Shown here piece after piece: positions 1 through 13,420 of a stretch of 64,000 nt of DNA. Below the pieces are notes generated by a model. That model saw nothing but the letters and a program-made list of their open reading frames with translations, made no database searches and was not told the DNA's origin. Source of the DNA: the human T2T-CHM13v2.0 reference genome, Homo sapiens; the NCBI RefSeq assembly GCF_009914755.1, contig NC_060948.1. The stretch is one strand, 5' to 3'. The translations under genes and the position numbers were made by a program. Every line of letters starts with the position of its first letter. The first letter of the stretch is position 1.

Positions 1-454
1 AATGGAATGGAATGGAATGGAAAGGAATCGAAACGAAAGGAATGGAGACAGATGGAATGGAATGGAACAGAGAGCAATGGTATAGAATGGAATGGAATCA
101 TCTGGAATGGAATTGAATGGAATGGAATAATATGAAATGGAATGGAATGGAATGGAATGGAATGCCCTTGAATTAAATGGACTGGAATGGAATGGACTCG
201 AACAGAGTGGAATGGAAAGTGTTGAGATAGAATGGAATGGACTCTTTTGGAATGGTGTAGTATGCAATGCAATCGACTGGCAGGGAATCAAAAGGAATGT
301 AATGGAATGGACTGGACTGGAATGCAATGGACTCGAATAGATTGGAAACGGAATGCAAAGGAATGGAATGGAATAGTATGGAATGGAATGGAAAGGAATG
401 GAGTGGAATAGACTAGAGTGGAATGGAATGGACTGGAAAGCAATGGACTGGAAT

Positions 455-469
455 GGAACTTTCTTGAAT
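455..469. promoter_or_regulatory. Candidate heat-shock element HSE-1 (representative copy; one per unit)
   Basis: gGAAc-tTTCt-tGAAt matches the canonical nGAAn-nTTCn-nGAAn HSF1 element. Motif match only; binding not shown. Confidence 0.5.
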
Positions 470-1902
470 GGACTGGAATCAAACGGAATGGAATGCAATG
501 CAATCAAATTGCATGGAATAAAATAGAATGAAAGAGAATCAAATGGAATTGAATCGAATGGAATCGAATGGATTGGAAAGGAATAGAATGGAATGGAATG
601 GAATTGACTCAAATGGAATGGACTAGAATGGAATGGATTCGAATGGAAGGCAAAGGAATGGAATCTATTGGAATGGACTGTAATGGAATGGAATGGAAGG
701 GATTGGAATGGACTCGAATGGAATGGACTGCAATAGAAAGGATTCGAATGGAATGAAAAAGAGTTGAATGGAATAGAACAGAATGGAATCAAATCGAATG
801 AAATGGAATGGAATAGAAAGGAATGGAATGAAATGGAATGGAAAGGATTCGAATGGAATGCAATCGAATGGAATGGAATCGAACGGAATGGAATAAAATG
901 GAAGAAAACTGGCAAGAAATGGAATCGAAATGAATGGAGTGTTATGGAACGGACTCAAAAGGAATTGAATGTAATAGAATGGAGTGGAGTGGACTCGAAT
1001 ATAATGGACTGGAATGGAATGAAATCACATGGAATGGGAACGAATGGAATGGAATGGAAAGGAATGGAATCGAATGGAAAGGAATCGAATGGAAGGGAAT
1101 GAAATTGAATCAACAGGAATGGAAGGGAATAGAATAGACGGTAATGGAATGGACTCGAATAGAATGGACACGAATGCTCAAATTGAATGGACTCGAATGG
1201 AATGGAAACGAAAGGAATGTCATCGAATGGAATTGAATCGATTGGAATGAAATCGCATAGAATGGAGTGGAATCAAATGGAATTGAATCGAAAGGAAAGG
1301 AAGCGAATGGACTGAAATGAAATGGAATGGAATTGAATGGAAAGTAATGCAATGGAATAGAATGGAACGAAATTTCACGGAATGGAATCAAACTGAATGG
1401 AATCAAATCAATGGAATCAAATCAAATGGAATGGAAAGGAATTGAATGGAGTAGATTGGATTGGATGGGATTGGAATGAAATGTACTGGAAAGGACTCGA
1501 ATTTCATGAAACGGAATGGAATGAATTGGAACGGAATGGACTCGAATGGAATGGAATGTCATGGAATGGCATCAAATGGAATGGCATCAAATGGAATGGA
1601 ATCGAATGCAATGGAATGCTATGGAATGGAATGGAATGCATTGGAATGGAATGTCCTCTAATGGAATGGATTCGAGTGGAATGGAATCGAATATAATGGA
1701 GTCGAATGAAAAGGAATTGAAAGGAATGGGATCGAATACAATGGAATATACTGGAATGTAATGTAATGAACTCGAATGTAATTGACTGGAATGGAATGTA
1801 CATGAATGGAATGTAATCGAATGGAAAGTAATCGAATGGAATAGAATCTAATGCAATAAAATCGACTCAGATAGAGTAGAATGTAATGGAATGGAGTGCA
1901 GT

Positions 1903-1982
1903 GCAATGGAATGGAATGGAATGGAATGCAATGGAATGGAATGGAATGGAATGGAATGGAATGGAATGGAATGGAATGGGAT
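1903..1982 (+). repeat. Near-pure (GGAAT)n tract, length-variable between monomers (representative copy)
   Basis: GCAAT(GGAAT)4 GCAAT(GGAAT)9 GGGAT here; different counts in other units. Confidence 0.85.
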
Positions 1983-2707
1983 GGAATGGTATGGAATGGA
2001 TAGTAATGGACTGGAATGAAATGGACTGGAAAAGAATGGACTCAAATTGAAAGGGCTCGAAAGGAATGGAGTCAAATGGAATGGTCTGGAATGGAATGAA
2101 CACGAATGTAATGCAATCCAATAGAATGGAATCGAATGGCATGGAATATAAAGAAATGGAATCGAAGAGAATGGAAACAAATGGAATGGAATTGAATGGA
2201 ATGGAATTGAATGGAATGGGAACGAATGGAGTGAAATTGTATGCAGTAGAAGAGAATAGAATGGAATTCAAGCGAAAGGAAAGGAATGGATTGCAATGGA
2301 ATGGAATTCATTGGAATGGAAGGGAATGTAGTGTAATGGACAGGCCTGGAATAAAGTGGAATGTTACGGTCTCGAATGGAATAAAAATGTATGGAATGGA
2401 ATGCAATGAAACGGAATCGAATGTCATAGAATGTAATGGAATGCAAAAAAATGGAATCCAAAATCATTGACAGGAAAGGCTGGGTGTCGAAAGGAATTGA
2501 CTCCAATGGAATGGAATCGAATGGAATGGAAGTGAATAGAATCGAACTAAATCGAATGGAATGGAATTGATAGGAACGGAATGGAAAGGAATGCAATGAT
2601 TTGGCATGGAATGGAATCGAATGGCATCGAATGGAATGCAATGGAATGGAATGTATTAGAATGTAATGAACTTTAATGGAATGTACTCGAATGGATTCGA
2701 CTGGAAT

Positions 2708-2722
2708 GGAATGTTCTGGAAG
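2708..2722. promoter_or_regulatory. Candidate heat-shock element HSE-2 (representative copy; one per full unit)
   Basis: gGAAt-gTTCt-gGAAg; also at 6256, 9814, 18626 and later units. Motif match only. Confidence 0.5.
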
Positions 2723-2972
2723 TGAATGGACTCCAATGGAATGGATTCAAAAGGAATGGAATCGTACGGAATGGAATCTAATGGAATGGAATTAAATGGA
2801 AATGAATCAAATTGAATAGCACGGAATTGAATTGAATGGAATGGAATGCAATGGAATCTAATGAAACGGAAAGGAAAGGAATGGAATGGAATGGAATGGG
2901 CTGGAATGGAAAGGAATCGAAACGAATGGAATGGAATCGAACTGAAGAGACTGCAATGGAATGCACTGGAAT

Positions 2973-2987
2973 GGAAGGTTCTCGAAA
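2973..2987. promoter_or_regulatory. Candidate heat-shock element HSE-3 (representative copy; one per unit)
   Basis: gGAAg-gTTCt-cGAAa; also at 12698, 15317 and other units. Motif match only. Confidence 0.5.
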
Positions 2988-5889
2988 TAAATGGAATCGA
3001 ATGGAATGGAATTGAATGGAACGGAATAGTGTCGAATGGAATTGAATGGAATGGAATGGACTAGAGTGAAATGGAATCGAACCACAAGGAATGGACAGGA
3101 ATAGAATGGTCTCGAATTGAATGGAATCGTATGGAATGGCATCAAACGGAATGGAATGGACAGCCACGGAATGGAATGCACTCGAATGCAATGGAGTCGA
3201 AACTAATGGACTGGAATAGAATGGACTCGACTGGTACGGACTCCAATGTAATGGAATCGAATGGAAGGGAATCGAACGGAAGGGAATCGAACGGAATGGA
3301 CTCGAAGGGAAAAGACTGCAATGGAAAGGTCTCGAATGGAATGGAAATTAATGGAATGGAGTGGAATCGAATGAAATGGAGTCAAAAGGAATGGAATCGA
3401 ATGGCAAGAAATCGAATGTAATGGAATCGCCAGGAATTGATGTGAACGGAACGGAATGGAATGGAATCCAAAGGAATGGAATAGAATGGAATGGAATCGA
3501 ATGGAAAGGACTCGAATGGAAATCACTCGAATAGAATGCAATTTAATAAAATAGGATCAAATGTAATGGAATGGAATGGAAAGGAATCGAAAGAAAGGAA
3601 TGGAGACAGATGGAATGGAATGGAACAGAGAACAATGGTATAGAATGGAATGGAATCATCTGGAATGGAATTGAATGGAATGGAATAATATGAAATGGAA
3701 TGGAATGGAATGGAATGGAATGCCCTTGAATTAAATGGACTGGAATGGAATGGACTCAAACAGAGTGGAATGGAAAGTGTGGAGATAGAATGGAATGAAC
3801 TCCTTTGGAATGGTGTAGTATGCAATGCAATCGACTGGCAGGGAATCAAAAGGAATGTAATCGAATGGATTGGACTGGAATGCAATGGACTCGAATAGAT
3901 TGGAAACGGAATGCAAAGGAATGGAATGGAATAGTATGGAATGCAATGGAAGGGAATGGAGTGGAATAGACTAGAGTGGAATGGAATGGACTGGAAAGCA
4001 ATGGACTGGAATGGAACTTTCTTGAATGGACTGGAATCAAACGGAATGGAATGCAATGCAATCAAATGGCATGGAATAAAATAGAATGAAAGAGAATCAA
4101 ATGGAATTGAATCGAATGGAATCGAATGGATTGGAAAGGAATAGAATGGAATGGAATTGACTCAAATGGAATGGACTAGAATGGAATGGATTCGAATGGA
4201 AGGCAAAGGAATGGAATCTATTGGAATGGACTGTAATGGAATGGAATGGAAGGGATTGGAATGGACTCGAATGGAATGGACTGCAATAGAAAGGATTCGA
4301 ATGGAATGAAAAAGAATTGAATGGAATAGAACAGAATGGAATCAAATCGAATGAAATGGAATGGAATAGAAAGGAATGGAATGAAATGGAATGGAAAGGA
4401 TTCGAATGGAATGCAATCGAATGGAATGGAATCGAACGGAATGGAATAAAATGGAAGAAAACTGGCAAGAAATGGAATCGAAATGAATGGAGTGTTATGG
4501 AACGGACTCAAAAGGAATTGAATGTAATAGAATGGAGTGGAGTGGACTCGAATATAATGGACTGGAATGGAATGAAATCACATGGAATGGGAACGAATGG
4601 AATGGAATGGAAAGGAATGGAATCGAATGGAAAGGAATCGAATGGAAGGGAATGAAATTGAATCAACAGGAATGGAAGGGAATAGAATAGACGGTAATGG
4701 AATGGACTCGAATAGAATGGACACGAATGCTCAAATTAAATGGACTCGAATGGAATGGAAACGAAAGGAATGTCATCGAATGGAATTGAATCGATTGGAA
4801 TGAAATCGCATAGAATGGAGTGGAATCAAATGGAATTGAATCGAAAGGAAAGGAAGCGAATGGACTGAAATGAAATGGAATGGAATTGAATGGAAAGTAA
4901 TGCAATGGAATAGAATGGAACGAAATTTCACGGAATGGAATCAAACTGAATGGAATCAAATCAATGGAATCAAATCAAATGGAATGGAAAGGAATTGAAT
5001 GGAGTAGATGGGATTGGATGGGATTGGAATGAAATGTACTGGAAAGGACTCGAATTTCATGAAACGGAATGGAATGAATTGGAACGGAATGGACTCGAAT
5101 GGAATGGAATGTCATGGGATGGCATCAAATGGAATGACATCAAATGGAATGGAATCGAATGCAATGGAATGCTATGGAATGGAATGGAATGCATTGGAAT
5201 GGAATGTCCTCTAATGGAATGGATTCGAGTGGAATGGAATCGAATATAATGGAGTCGAATGAAATGGAATTGAAAGGAATGGGATCGAATACAATGGAAT
5301 ATACTGGAATATAACGTAATGAACTCGAATGTAATTGACTGGAATGGAATGTACATGAATGGAATGTAATCGAATGGAAAGTAATCCAATGGAATAGAAT
5401 CTAATGCAATAAAATCGACTCAGATAGAGTAGAATGTAATGGAATGGAGTGCAGTGCAATGGAATGGAATGGAATGGAATGCAATGGAATGGAATGGAAT
5501 GGAATGGGATGGAATGGAATGGAATGGAATGGAATGGAATGGGATGGAATGGTATGGAATGGATAGTAATGGACTGGAGTGAAATGGACTGGAAAGGAAT
5601 GGACCCAAATTGAAAGGTCTCGAAAGGAATGGAGTCAAATGGAATGGTCTGGAATGGAATGAACACGAATGTAATGCAACCCAATAGAATGGAATCGAAT
5701 GGCATGGAATATAAAGAAATGGAATCGAAGAGAATGGAAACAAATGGAATGGAATTGAATGGAATGGGAACGAATGGAGTGAAATTGTATGCAGTAGAAG
5801 AGAATAGAATGGAATGCAAGCGAAAGGAAAGGAATGGATTGGAATGGAATGGAATTCATTGGAATGGAAGGGAATGTAGTGTAATGGAC

Positions 5890-8800
5890 AGGCCTGGAAT
5901 AAAGTGGAATGCTACGGTCTCGAATGGAATAAAAATGTATGGAATGGAATGCAATGAAACGGAATCGAATGTCATAGAATGTAATGGAATGCAAAAAAAT
6001 GGAATCCAAAATAATTGACAGGAAAGGCTGGGTGTCGAAAGGAATTGACTCCAATGGAATGGAATCGAATGGAATGGAAGTGAATAGAATCGAACTAAAT
6101 CGAATGGAATGGAATTGATAGGAACGGAATGGAAAGGAATGCAATGATTTGGCATGGAATGGAATCGAATGGCATCGAATGGAATGCAATGGAATGGAAT
6201 GTATTAGAATGTAATGAACTTTAATGGAATGTACTCGAATGGATTCGACTGGAATGGAATGTTCTGGAAGTGAATGGACTCCAATGGAATGGATTCCAAA
6301 GGAATGGAATCGTACGGAATGGAATCTAATGGAATGGAATTAAATGGAAATGAATCAAATTGAATAGCACGGAATTGAATTGAATGGAATGGAATGCAAT
6401 GGAATCTAATGAAACGGAAAGGAAAGGAATGGAATGGAATGGAATGGGCTGGAATGGAAAGGAATCGAAACGAATGGAATGGAATCGAAGTGAAGAGACT
6501 GCAATGGAATGCACTGGAATGGAAGGTTCTCGAAATAAATGGAATCGAATGGAATGGAATTGAATGGAACGGAATAGTGTCGAATGGAATTGAATGGAAT
6601 GGAATGGACTAGAGTGAAATGGAATCGAACCACAAGGAATGGACAGGAATAGAATGGTCTCGAATTGAATGGAATCGTATGGAATGGCATCAAACGGAAT
6701 GGAATGGACAGCCACGGAATGGAATGCACTCGAATGCAATGGAGTCGAAACTAATGGACTGGAATAGAATGGACTCGACTGGTACGGACTCCAATGTAAT
6801 GGAATCGAATGGAAGGGAATCGAACGGAAGGGAATCGAACGGAATGGACTCGAAGGGAAAAGACTGCAATGGAAAGGTCTCGAATGGAATGGAAATTAAT
6901 GGAATGGAATGGAATCGAATGAAATGGAGTCAAAAGGAATGGAATCGAATGGCAAGAAATCGAATGTAATGGAATCGCCAGGAATTGATGTGAACGGAAC
7001 GGAATGGAATGGAATCCAAAGGAATGGAATAGAATGGAATGGAATCGAATGGAAAGGACTCGAATGGAAATCACTCGAATAGAATGCAATTTAATAAAAT
7101 AGGATCAAATGTAATGGAATGGAATGGAAAGGAATCGAAAGAAAGGAATGGAGACAGATGGAATGGAATGGAACAGAGAACAATGGTATAGAATGGAATG
7201 GAATCATCTGGAATGGAATTGAATGGAATGGAATAATATGAAATGGAATGGAATGGAATGGAATGGAATGCCCTTGAATTAAATGGACTGGAATGGAATG
7301 GACTCAAACAGAGTGGAATGGAAAGTGTGGAGATAGAATGGAATGAACTCCTTTGGAATGGTGTAGTATGCAATGCAATCGACTGGCAGGGAATCAAAAG
7401 GAATGTAATCGAATGGATTGGACTGGAATGCAATGGACTCGAATAGATTGGAAACGGAATGCAAAGGAATGGAATGGAATAGTATGGAATGCAATGGAAG
7501 GGAATGGAGTGGAATAGACTAGAGTGGAATGGAATGGACTGGAAAGCAATGGACTGGAATGGAACTTTCTTGGATGGACTGGAATCAAACGGAATGGAAT
7601 GCAATGCAATCAAATGGCATGGAATAAAATAGAATGAAAGAGAATCAAATGGAATTGAATCGAATGGAATCGAATGGATTGGAAAGGAATAGAATGGAAT
7701 GGAATGGAATTGACTCAAATGGAATGGACTAGAATGGAATGGATTCGAATGGAAGGCAAAGGAATGGAATCTATTGGAATGGACTGTAATGGAATGGAAT
7801 GGAAGGGATTGGAATGGACTCGAATGGAATGGACTGCAATAGAAAGGATTCGAATGGAATGAAAAAGAATTGAATGGAATAGAACAGAATGGAATCAAAT
7901 CGAATGAAATGGAATGGAATAGAAAGGAATGGAATGAAATGGAATGGAAAGGATTCGAATGGAATGCAATCGAATGGAATGGAATCGAACGGAATGGAAT
8001 AAAATGGAAGAAAACTGGCAAGAAATGGAATCGAAATGAATGGAGTGTTATGGAACGGACTCAAAAGGAATTGAATGTAATAGAATGGAGTGGAGTGGAC
8101 TCGAATATAATGGACTGGAATGGAATGAAATCACATGGAATGGGAACGAATGGAATGGAATGGAAAGGAATGGAATCGAATGGAAAGGAATCGAATGGAA
8201 GGGAATGAAATTGAATCAACAGGAATGGAAGGGAATAGAATAGACGGTAATGGAATGGACTCGAATAGAATGGACACGAATGCTCAAATTAAATGGACTC
8301 GAATGGAATGGAAACGAAAGGAATGTCATCGAATGGAATTGAATCGATTGGAATGAAATCGCATAGAATGGAGTGGAATCAAATGGAATTGAATCGAAAG
8401 GAAAGGAAGCGAATGGACTGAAATGAAATGGAATGGAATTGAATGGAAAGTAATGCAATGGAATAGAATGGAACGAAATTTCACGGAATGGAATCAAACT
8501 GAATGGAATCAAATCAATGGAATCTAATCAAATGGAATGGAAAGGAATTGAATGGAGTAGATGGGATTGGATGGGATTGGAATGAAATGTACTGGAAAGG
8601 ACTCGAATTTCATGAAACGGAATGGAATGAATTGGAACGGAATGGACTCGAATGGAATGGAATGTCATGGGATGGCATCAAATGGAATGACATCAAATGG
8701 AATGGAATCGAATGCAATGGAATGCTATGGAATGGAATGGAATGCATTAGAATGGAATGTCCTCTAATGGAATGGATTCGAGTGGAATGGAATCGAATAT

Positions 8801-9437
8801 AATGGAGTCGAATGAAATGGAATTGAAAGGAATGGGATCGAATACAATGGAATATACTGGAATGTAACGTAATGAACTCGAATGTAATTGACTGGAATGG
8901 AATGTACATGAATGGAATGTAATCGAATGGAAAGTAATCGAATGGAATAGAATCTAATGCAATAAAATCGACTCAGATAGAGTAGAATGTAATGGAATGG
9001 AGTGCAGTGCAATGGAATGGAATGGAATGGAATGCAATGGAATGGAATGGAATGGAATGGAATGGAATGGAATGGGATGGAATGGTATGGAATGGATAGT
9101 AATGGACTGGAGTGAAATGGACTGGAAAGGAATGGACTCAAATTGAAAGGGCTCGAAAGGAATGGAGTCAAATGGAATGGTCTGGAATGGAATGAACACG
9201 AATGTAATGCAACCCAATAGAATGGAATCGAATGGCATGGAATATAAAGAAATGGAATCGAAGAGAATGGAAACAAATGGAATGGAATTGAATGGAATGG
9301 AATTGAATGGAATGGGAACGAATGGAGTGAAATTGTATGCAGTAGAAGAGAATAGAATGGAATGCAAGCGAAAGGAAAGGAATGGATTGGAATGGAATGG
9401 AATTCATTGGAATGGAAGGGAATGTAGTGTAATGGAC
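5890..9437 (+). repeat. Full-length monomer, 3,548 bp
   Basis: AGGCCT at 5890 and 9438. Confidence 0.9.
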
Positions 9438-10801
9438 AGGCCTGGAATAAAGTGGAATGCTACGGTCTCGAATGGAATAAAAATGTATGGAATGGAATGC
9501 AATGAAACGGAATCGAATGTCATAGAATGTAATGGAATGCAAAAAAATGGAATCCAAAATCATTGACTGGAAAGGCTGGGTGTCGAAAGGAATTGACTCC
9601 AATGGAATGGAATCGAATGAAATGGAAGTGAATAGAATCGAACTAAATCGAATGGAATGGAATTGATAGGAACGGAATGGAAAGGAATGCAATGATTTGG
9701 CATGGAATGGAATCGAATGGCATCGAATGGAATGGAATGGAATGCAATGGAATGGAATGTATTAGAATGTAATGAACTTTAATGGAATGTACTCGAATGG
9801 ATTCGACTGGAATGGAATGTTCTGGAAGTGAATGGACTCCAATGGAATGGATTCCAAAGGAATGGAATCGTACGGAATGGAATCTAATGGAATGGAATTA
9901 AATGGAAATGAATCAAATTGAATAGCACGGAATTGAATTGAATGGAATGGAATGCAATGGAATCTAATGAAACGGAAAGGAAAGGAATGGAATGGAATGG
10001 AATGGGCTGGAATGGAAAGGAATCGAAACGAATGGAATGGAATCGAAGTGAAGAGACTGCAATGGAATGCACTGGAATGGAAAGTTCTCGAAAAAAATGG
10101 AATCGAATGGAATGGAATTGAATGGAACGGAATAGTGTCGAATGGAATTGAATGGAATGGAATGGACTAGAGTGAAATGGAATCGAACCACAAGGAATGG
10201 ACAGGAATAGAATGGTCTCGAATTGAATGGAATCGTATGGAATGGCATCAAACGGAATGGAATGGACAGCCACGGAATGGAATGCACTCGAATGCAATGG
10301 AGTCGAAACTAATGGACTGGAATAGAATGGACTCGACTGGTACGGACTCCAATGGAATGGAATCGAATGGAAGGGAATCGAACGGAAGGGAATCGAACGG
10401 AATGGACTCGAAGGGAAAAGACTGCAATGGAAAGGTCTCGAATTGAATGGAAATTAATGGAATGGAATGGAATCGAATGAAATGGAGTCAAAAGGAATGG
10501 AATCGAATGGCAAGAAATCGAATGTAATGGAATCGCCAGGAATTGATGTGAACGGAACGGAATGGAATGGAATCCAAAGGAATGGAATAGAATGGAATGG
10601 AATCGAATGGAAAGGACTCGAATGGAAATCACTCGAATAGAATGCAATTTAATAAAATAGGATCAAATGTAATGGAATGGAATGGAAAGGAATCGAAACG
10701 AAAGGAATGGAGACAGATGGAATGGAATGGAACAGAGAGCAATGGTATAGAATGGAATGGAATCATCTGGAATGGAATTGAATGGAATGGAATAATATGA
10801 A

Positions 10802-13420
10802 ATGGAATGGAATGGAATGGAATGGAATGCCCTTGAATTAAATGGACTGGAATGGAATGGACTCAAACAGAGTGGAATGGAAAGTGTGGAGATAGAATGG
10901 AATGAACTCCTTTGGAATGGTGTAGTTTGCAATGCAATCGACTGGCAGGGAATCAAAAGGAATGTAATCGAATGGATTGGACTGGAATGCAATGGACTCG
11001 AATAGATTGGAAACGGAATGCAAAGGAATGGAATGGAATAGTATGGAATGCAATGGAAGGGAATGGAGTGGAATAGACTAGAGTGGAATGGAATGGACTG
11101 GAAAGCAATGGACTGGAATGGAACTTTCTTGGATGGACTGGAATCAAACGGAATGGAATGCAATGCAATCAAATGGCATGGAATAAAATAGAATGAAAGA
11201 GAATCAAATGGAATTGAATCGAATGGAATCGAATGGATTGGAAAGGAATAGAATGGAATGGAATGGAATTGACTCAAATGGAATGGACTAGAATGGAATG
11301 GATTCGAATGGAAGGCAAAGGAATGGAATCTATTGGAATGGACTGTAATGGAATGGAATGGAAGGGATTGGAATGGACTCGAATGGAATGGACTGCAATA
11401 GAAAGGATTCGAATGGAATGAAAAAGAATTGAATGGAATAGAACAGAATGGAATCAAATCGAATGAAATGGAATGGAATAGAAAGGAATGGAATGAAATG
11501 GAATGGAAAGGATTCGAATGGAATGCAATCGAATGGAATGGAATCGAACGGAATGGAATAAAATGGAAGAAAACTGGCAAGAAATGGAATCGAAATGAAT
11601 GGAGTGTTATGGAACGGACTCAAAAGGAATTGAATGTAACAGAATGGAGTGGAGTGGACTCGAATATAATGGACTGGAATGGAATGAAATCACATGGAAT
11701 GGGAACGAATGGAATGGAATGGAAAGGAATGGAATCGAATGGAAAGGAATCGAATGGAAGGGAATGAAATTGAATCAACAGGAATGGAAGGGAATAGAAT
11801 AGACTGTAATGGAATGGACTCGAATAGAATGGACACGAATGCTCAAATTAAATGGACTCGAATGGAATGGAAACGAAAGGAATGTCATCGAATGGAATTG
11901 AATCGATTGGAATGAAATCGCATAGAATGGAGTGGAATCAAATGGAATTGAATCGAAAGGAAAGGAAGCGAATGGACTGAAATGAAATGGAATGGAATTG
12001 AATGGAAAGTAATGCAATGGAATAGAATGGAACGAAATTTCACGGAATGGAATCAAACTGAATGGAATCAAATCAATGGAATCAAATCAAATGGAATGGA
12101 AAGGAATTGAATGGAGTAGATGGGATTGGATGGGATTGGAATGAAATGTACTGGAAAGGACTCGAATTTCATGAAACGGAATGGAATGAATTGGAACGGA
12201 ATGGACTCGAATGGAATGGAATGTCATGGGATGGCATCAAATGTAATGGCATCAAATGGAATGGAATCGAATGCAATGGAATGCTATGGAATGGAATGGA
12301 ATGCATTGGAATGGAATGTCCTCTAATGGAATGGATTCGAGTGGAATGGAATCGAATATAATGGAGTCGAATGAAATGGAATTGAAAGGAATGGGATCGA
12401 ATACAATGGAATATACTGGAATGTAACGTAATGAACTCGAATGTAATTGACTGGAATGGAATGTACATGAATGGAATGTAATCGAATGGAAAGTAATCGA
12501 ATGGAATAGAATCTAATGCAATAAAATCGACTCAGATAGAGTAGAATGTAATGGAATGGAGTGCAGTGCAATGGAATGGAATGGAATGGAATGCAATGGA
12601 ATGGAATGGGCTGGAATGGAAAGGAATCGAAACGAATGGAATGGAATCGAACTGAAGAGACTGGAATGGAATGCACTGGAATGGAAGGGAGTGTAATGGA
12701 AGGTTCTCGAAAAAAATGGAATCGAATGGAATGGAATTGAATGGAACGGAATAGAGTCGAATGGAATTGAATGGAATGGAATGGACTAGAGTGAAATGGA
12801 ATCGAACCACAAGGAATGGACAGGAATAGAATGGTCTCGAATTGAATGGAATCGTATGGAATGGCATCAAACGGAATGGAATGGACAGCCACGGAATGGA
12901 ATGCACTCGAATGCAATGGAGTCGAAACTAATGGACTGGAATAGAATGGACTCGACTGGTACGGACTCCAATGGAATGGAATCGAATGGAAGGGAATCGA
13001 ACGGAAGGGAATCGAACGGAATGGACTCGAAGGGAAAAGACTGCAATGGAAAGGTCTCGAATGGAATGGAAATTAATGGAATGGAATGGAATCGAATGAA
13101 ATGGAGTCAAAAGGAATCGAATCGAATGGCAAGAAATCGAATGTAATGGAATCGCAAGGAATTGATGTGAACGGAACGGAATGGAATGGAATCCAAAGGA
13201 ATGGAATAGAATGGAATGGAATCGAATGGAAAGGACTCGAATGGAAATCACTCGAATAGAATGCAATTTAATAAAATAGGATCAAATGTAATGGAATGGA
13301 ATGGAAAGGAATCGAAACGAAAGGAATGGAGACAGATGGAATGGAATGGAACAGAGAGCAATGGTATAGAATGGAATGGAATCATCTGGAATGGAATTGA
13401 ATGGAATGGAATAATATGAA
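10802..13420 (+). repeat. Truncated monomer, 2,619 bp (970-bp internal deletion), copy 1
   Basis: Landmark period falls to 2,619 (10802->13421; 11429->14048). Junction at 12588-12609 joins the gtgcagtgcaat tract directly to gggctggaatggaaagg. No AGGCCT site. Confidence 0.93.

Larger units (their letters stand above)
2342..5889 (+). repeat. Full-length monomer, 3,548 bp (AGGCCT to AGGCCT)
   Basis: AGGCCT at 2342 and 5890. Confidence 0.9.

Noticed and set aside
2264-2269. Extra EcoRI sites (2264 and 43230)
   Set aside because: Private single-base variants, useful only as restriction polymorphisms.
3541-3552. AATAAA polyadenylation-like signals (also ~517, ~1855, ~2350)
   Set aside because: Easily generated by substitution in GGAAT-GGAAT; no downstream GU-rich element or gene context. 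It would need 3'-end RNA data.
8519-8530. DUX4-like motif GAATCTAATCA
   Set aside because: It mismatches the leading T of the TAA half-site and occurs in only three units; the motif evidence is too weak.
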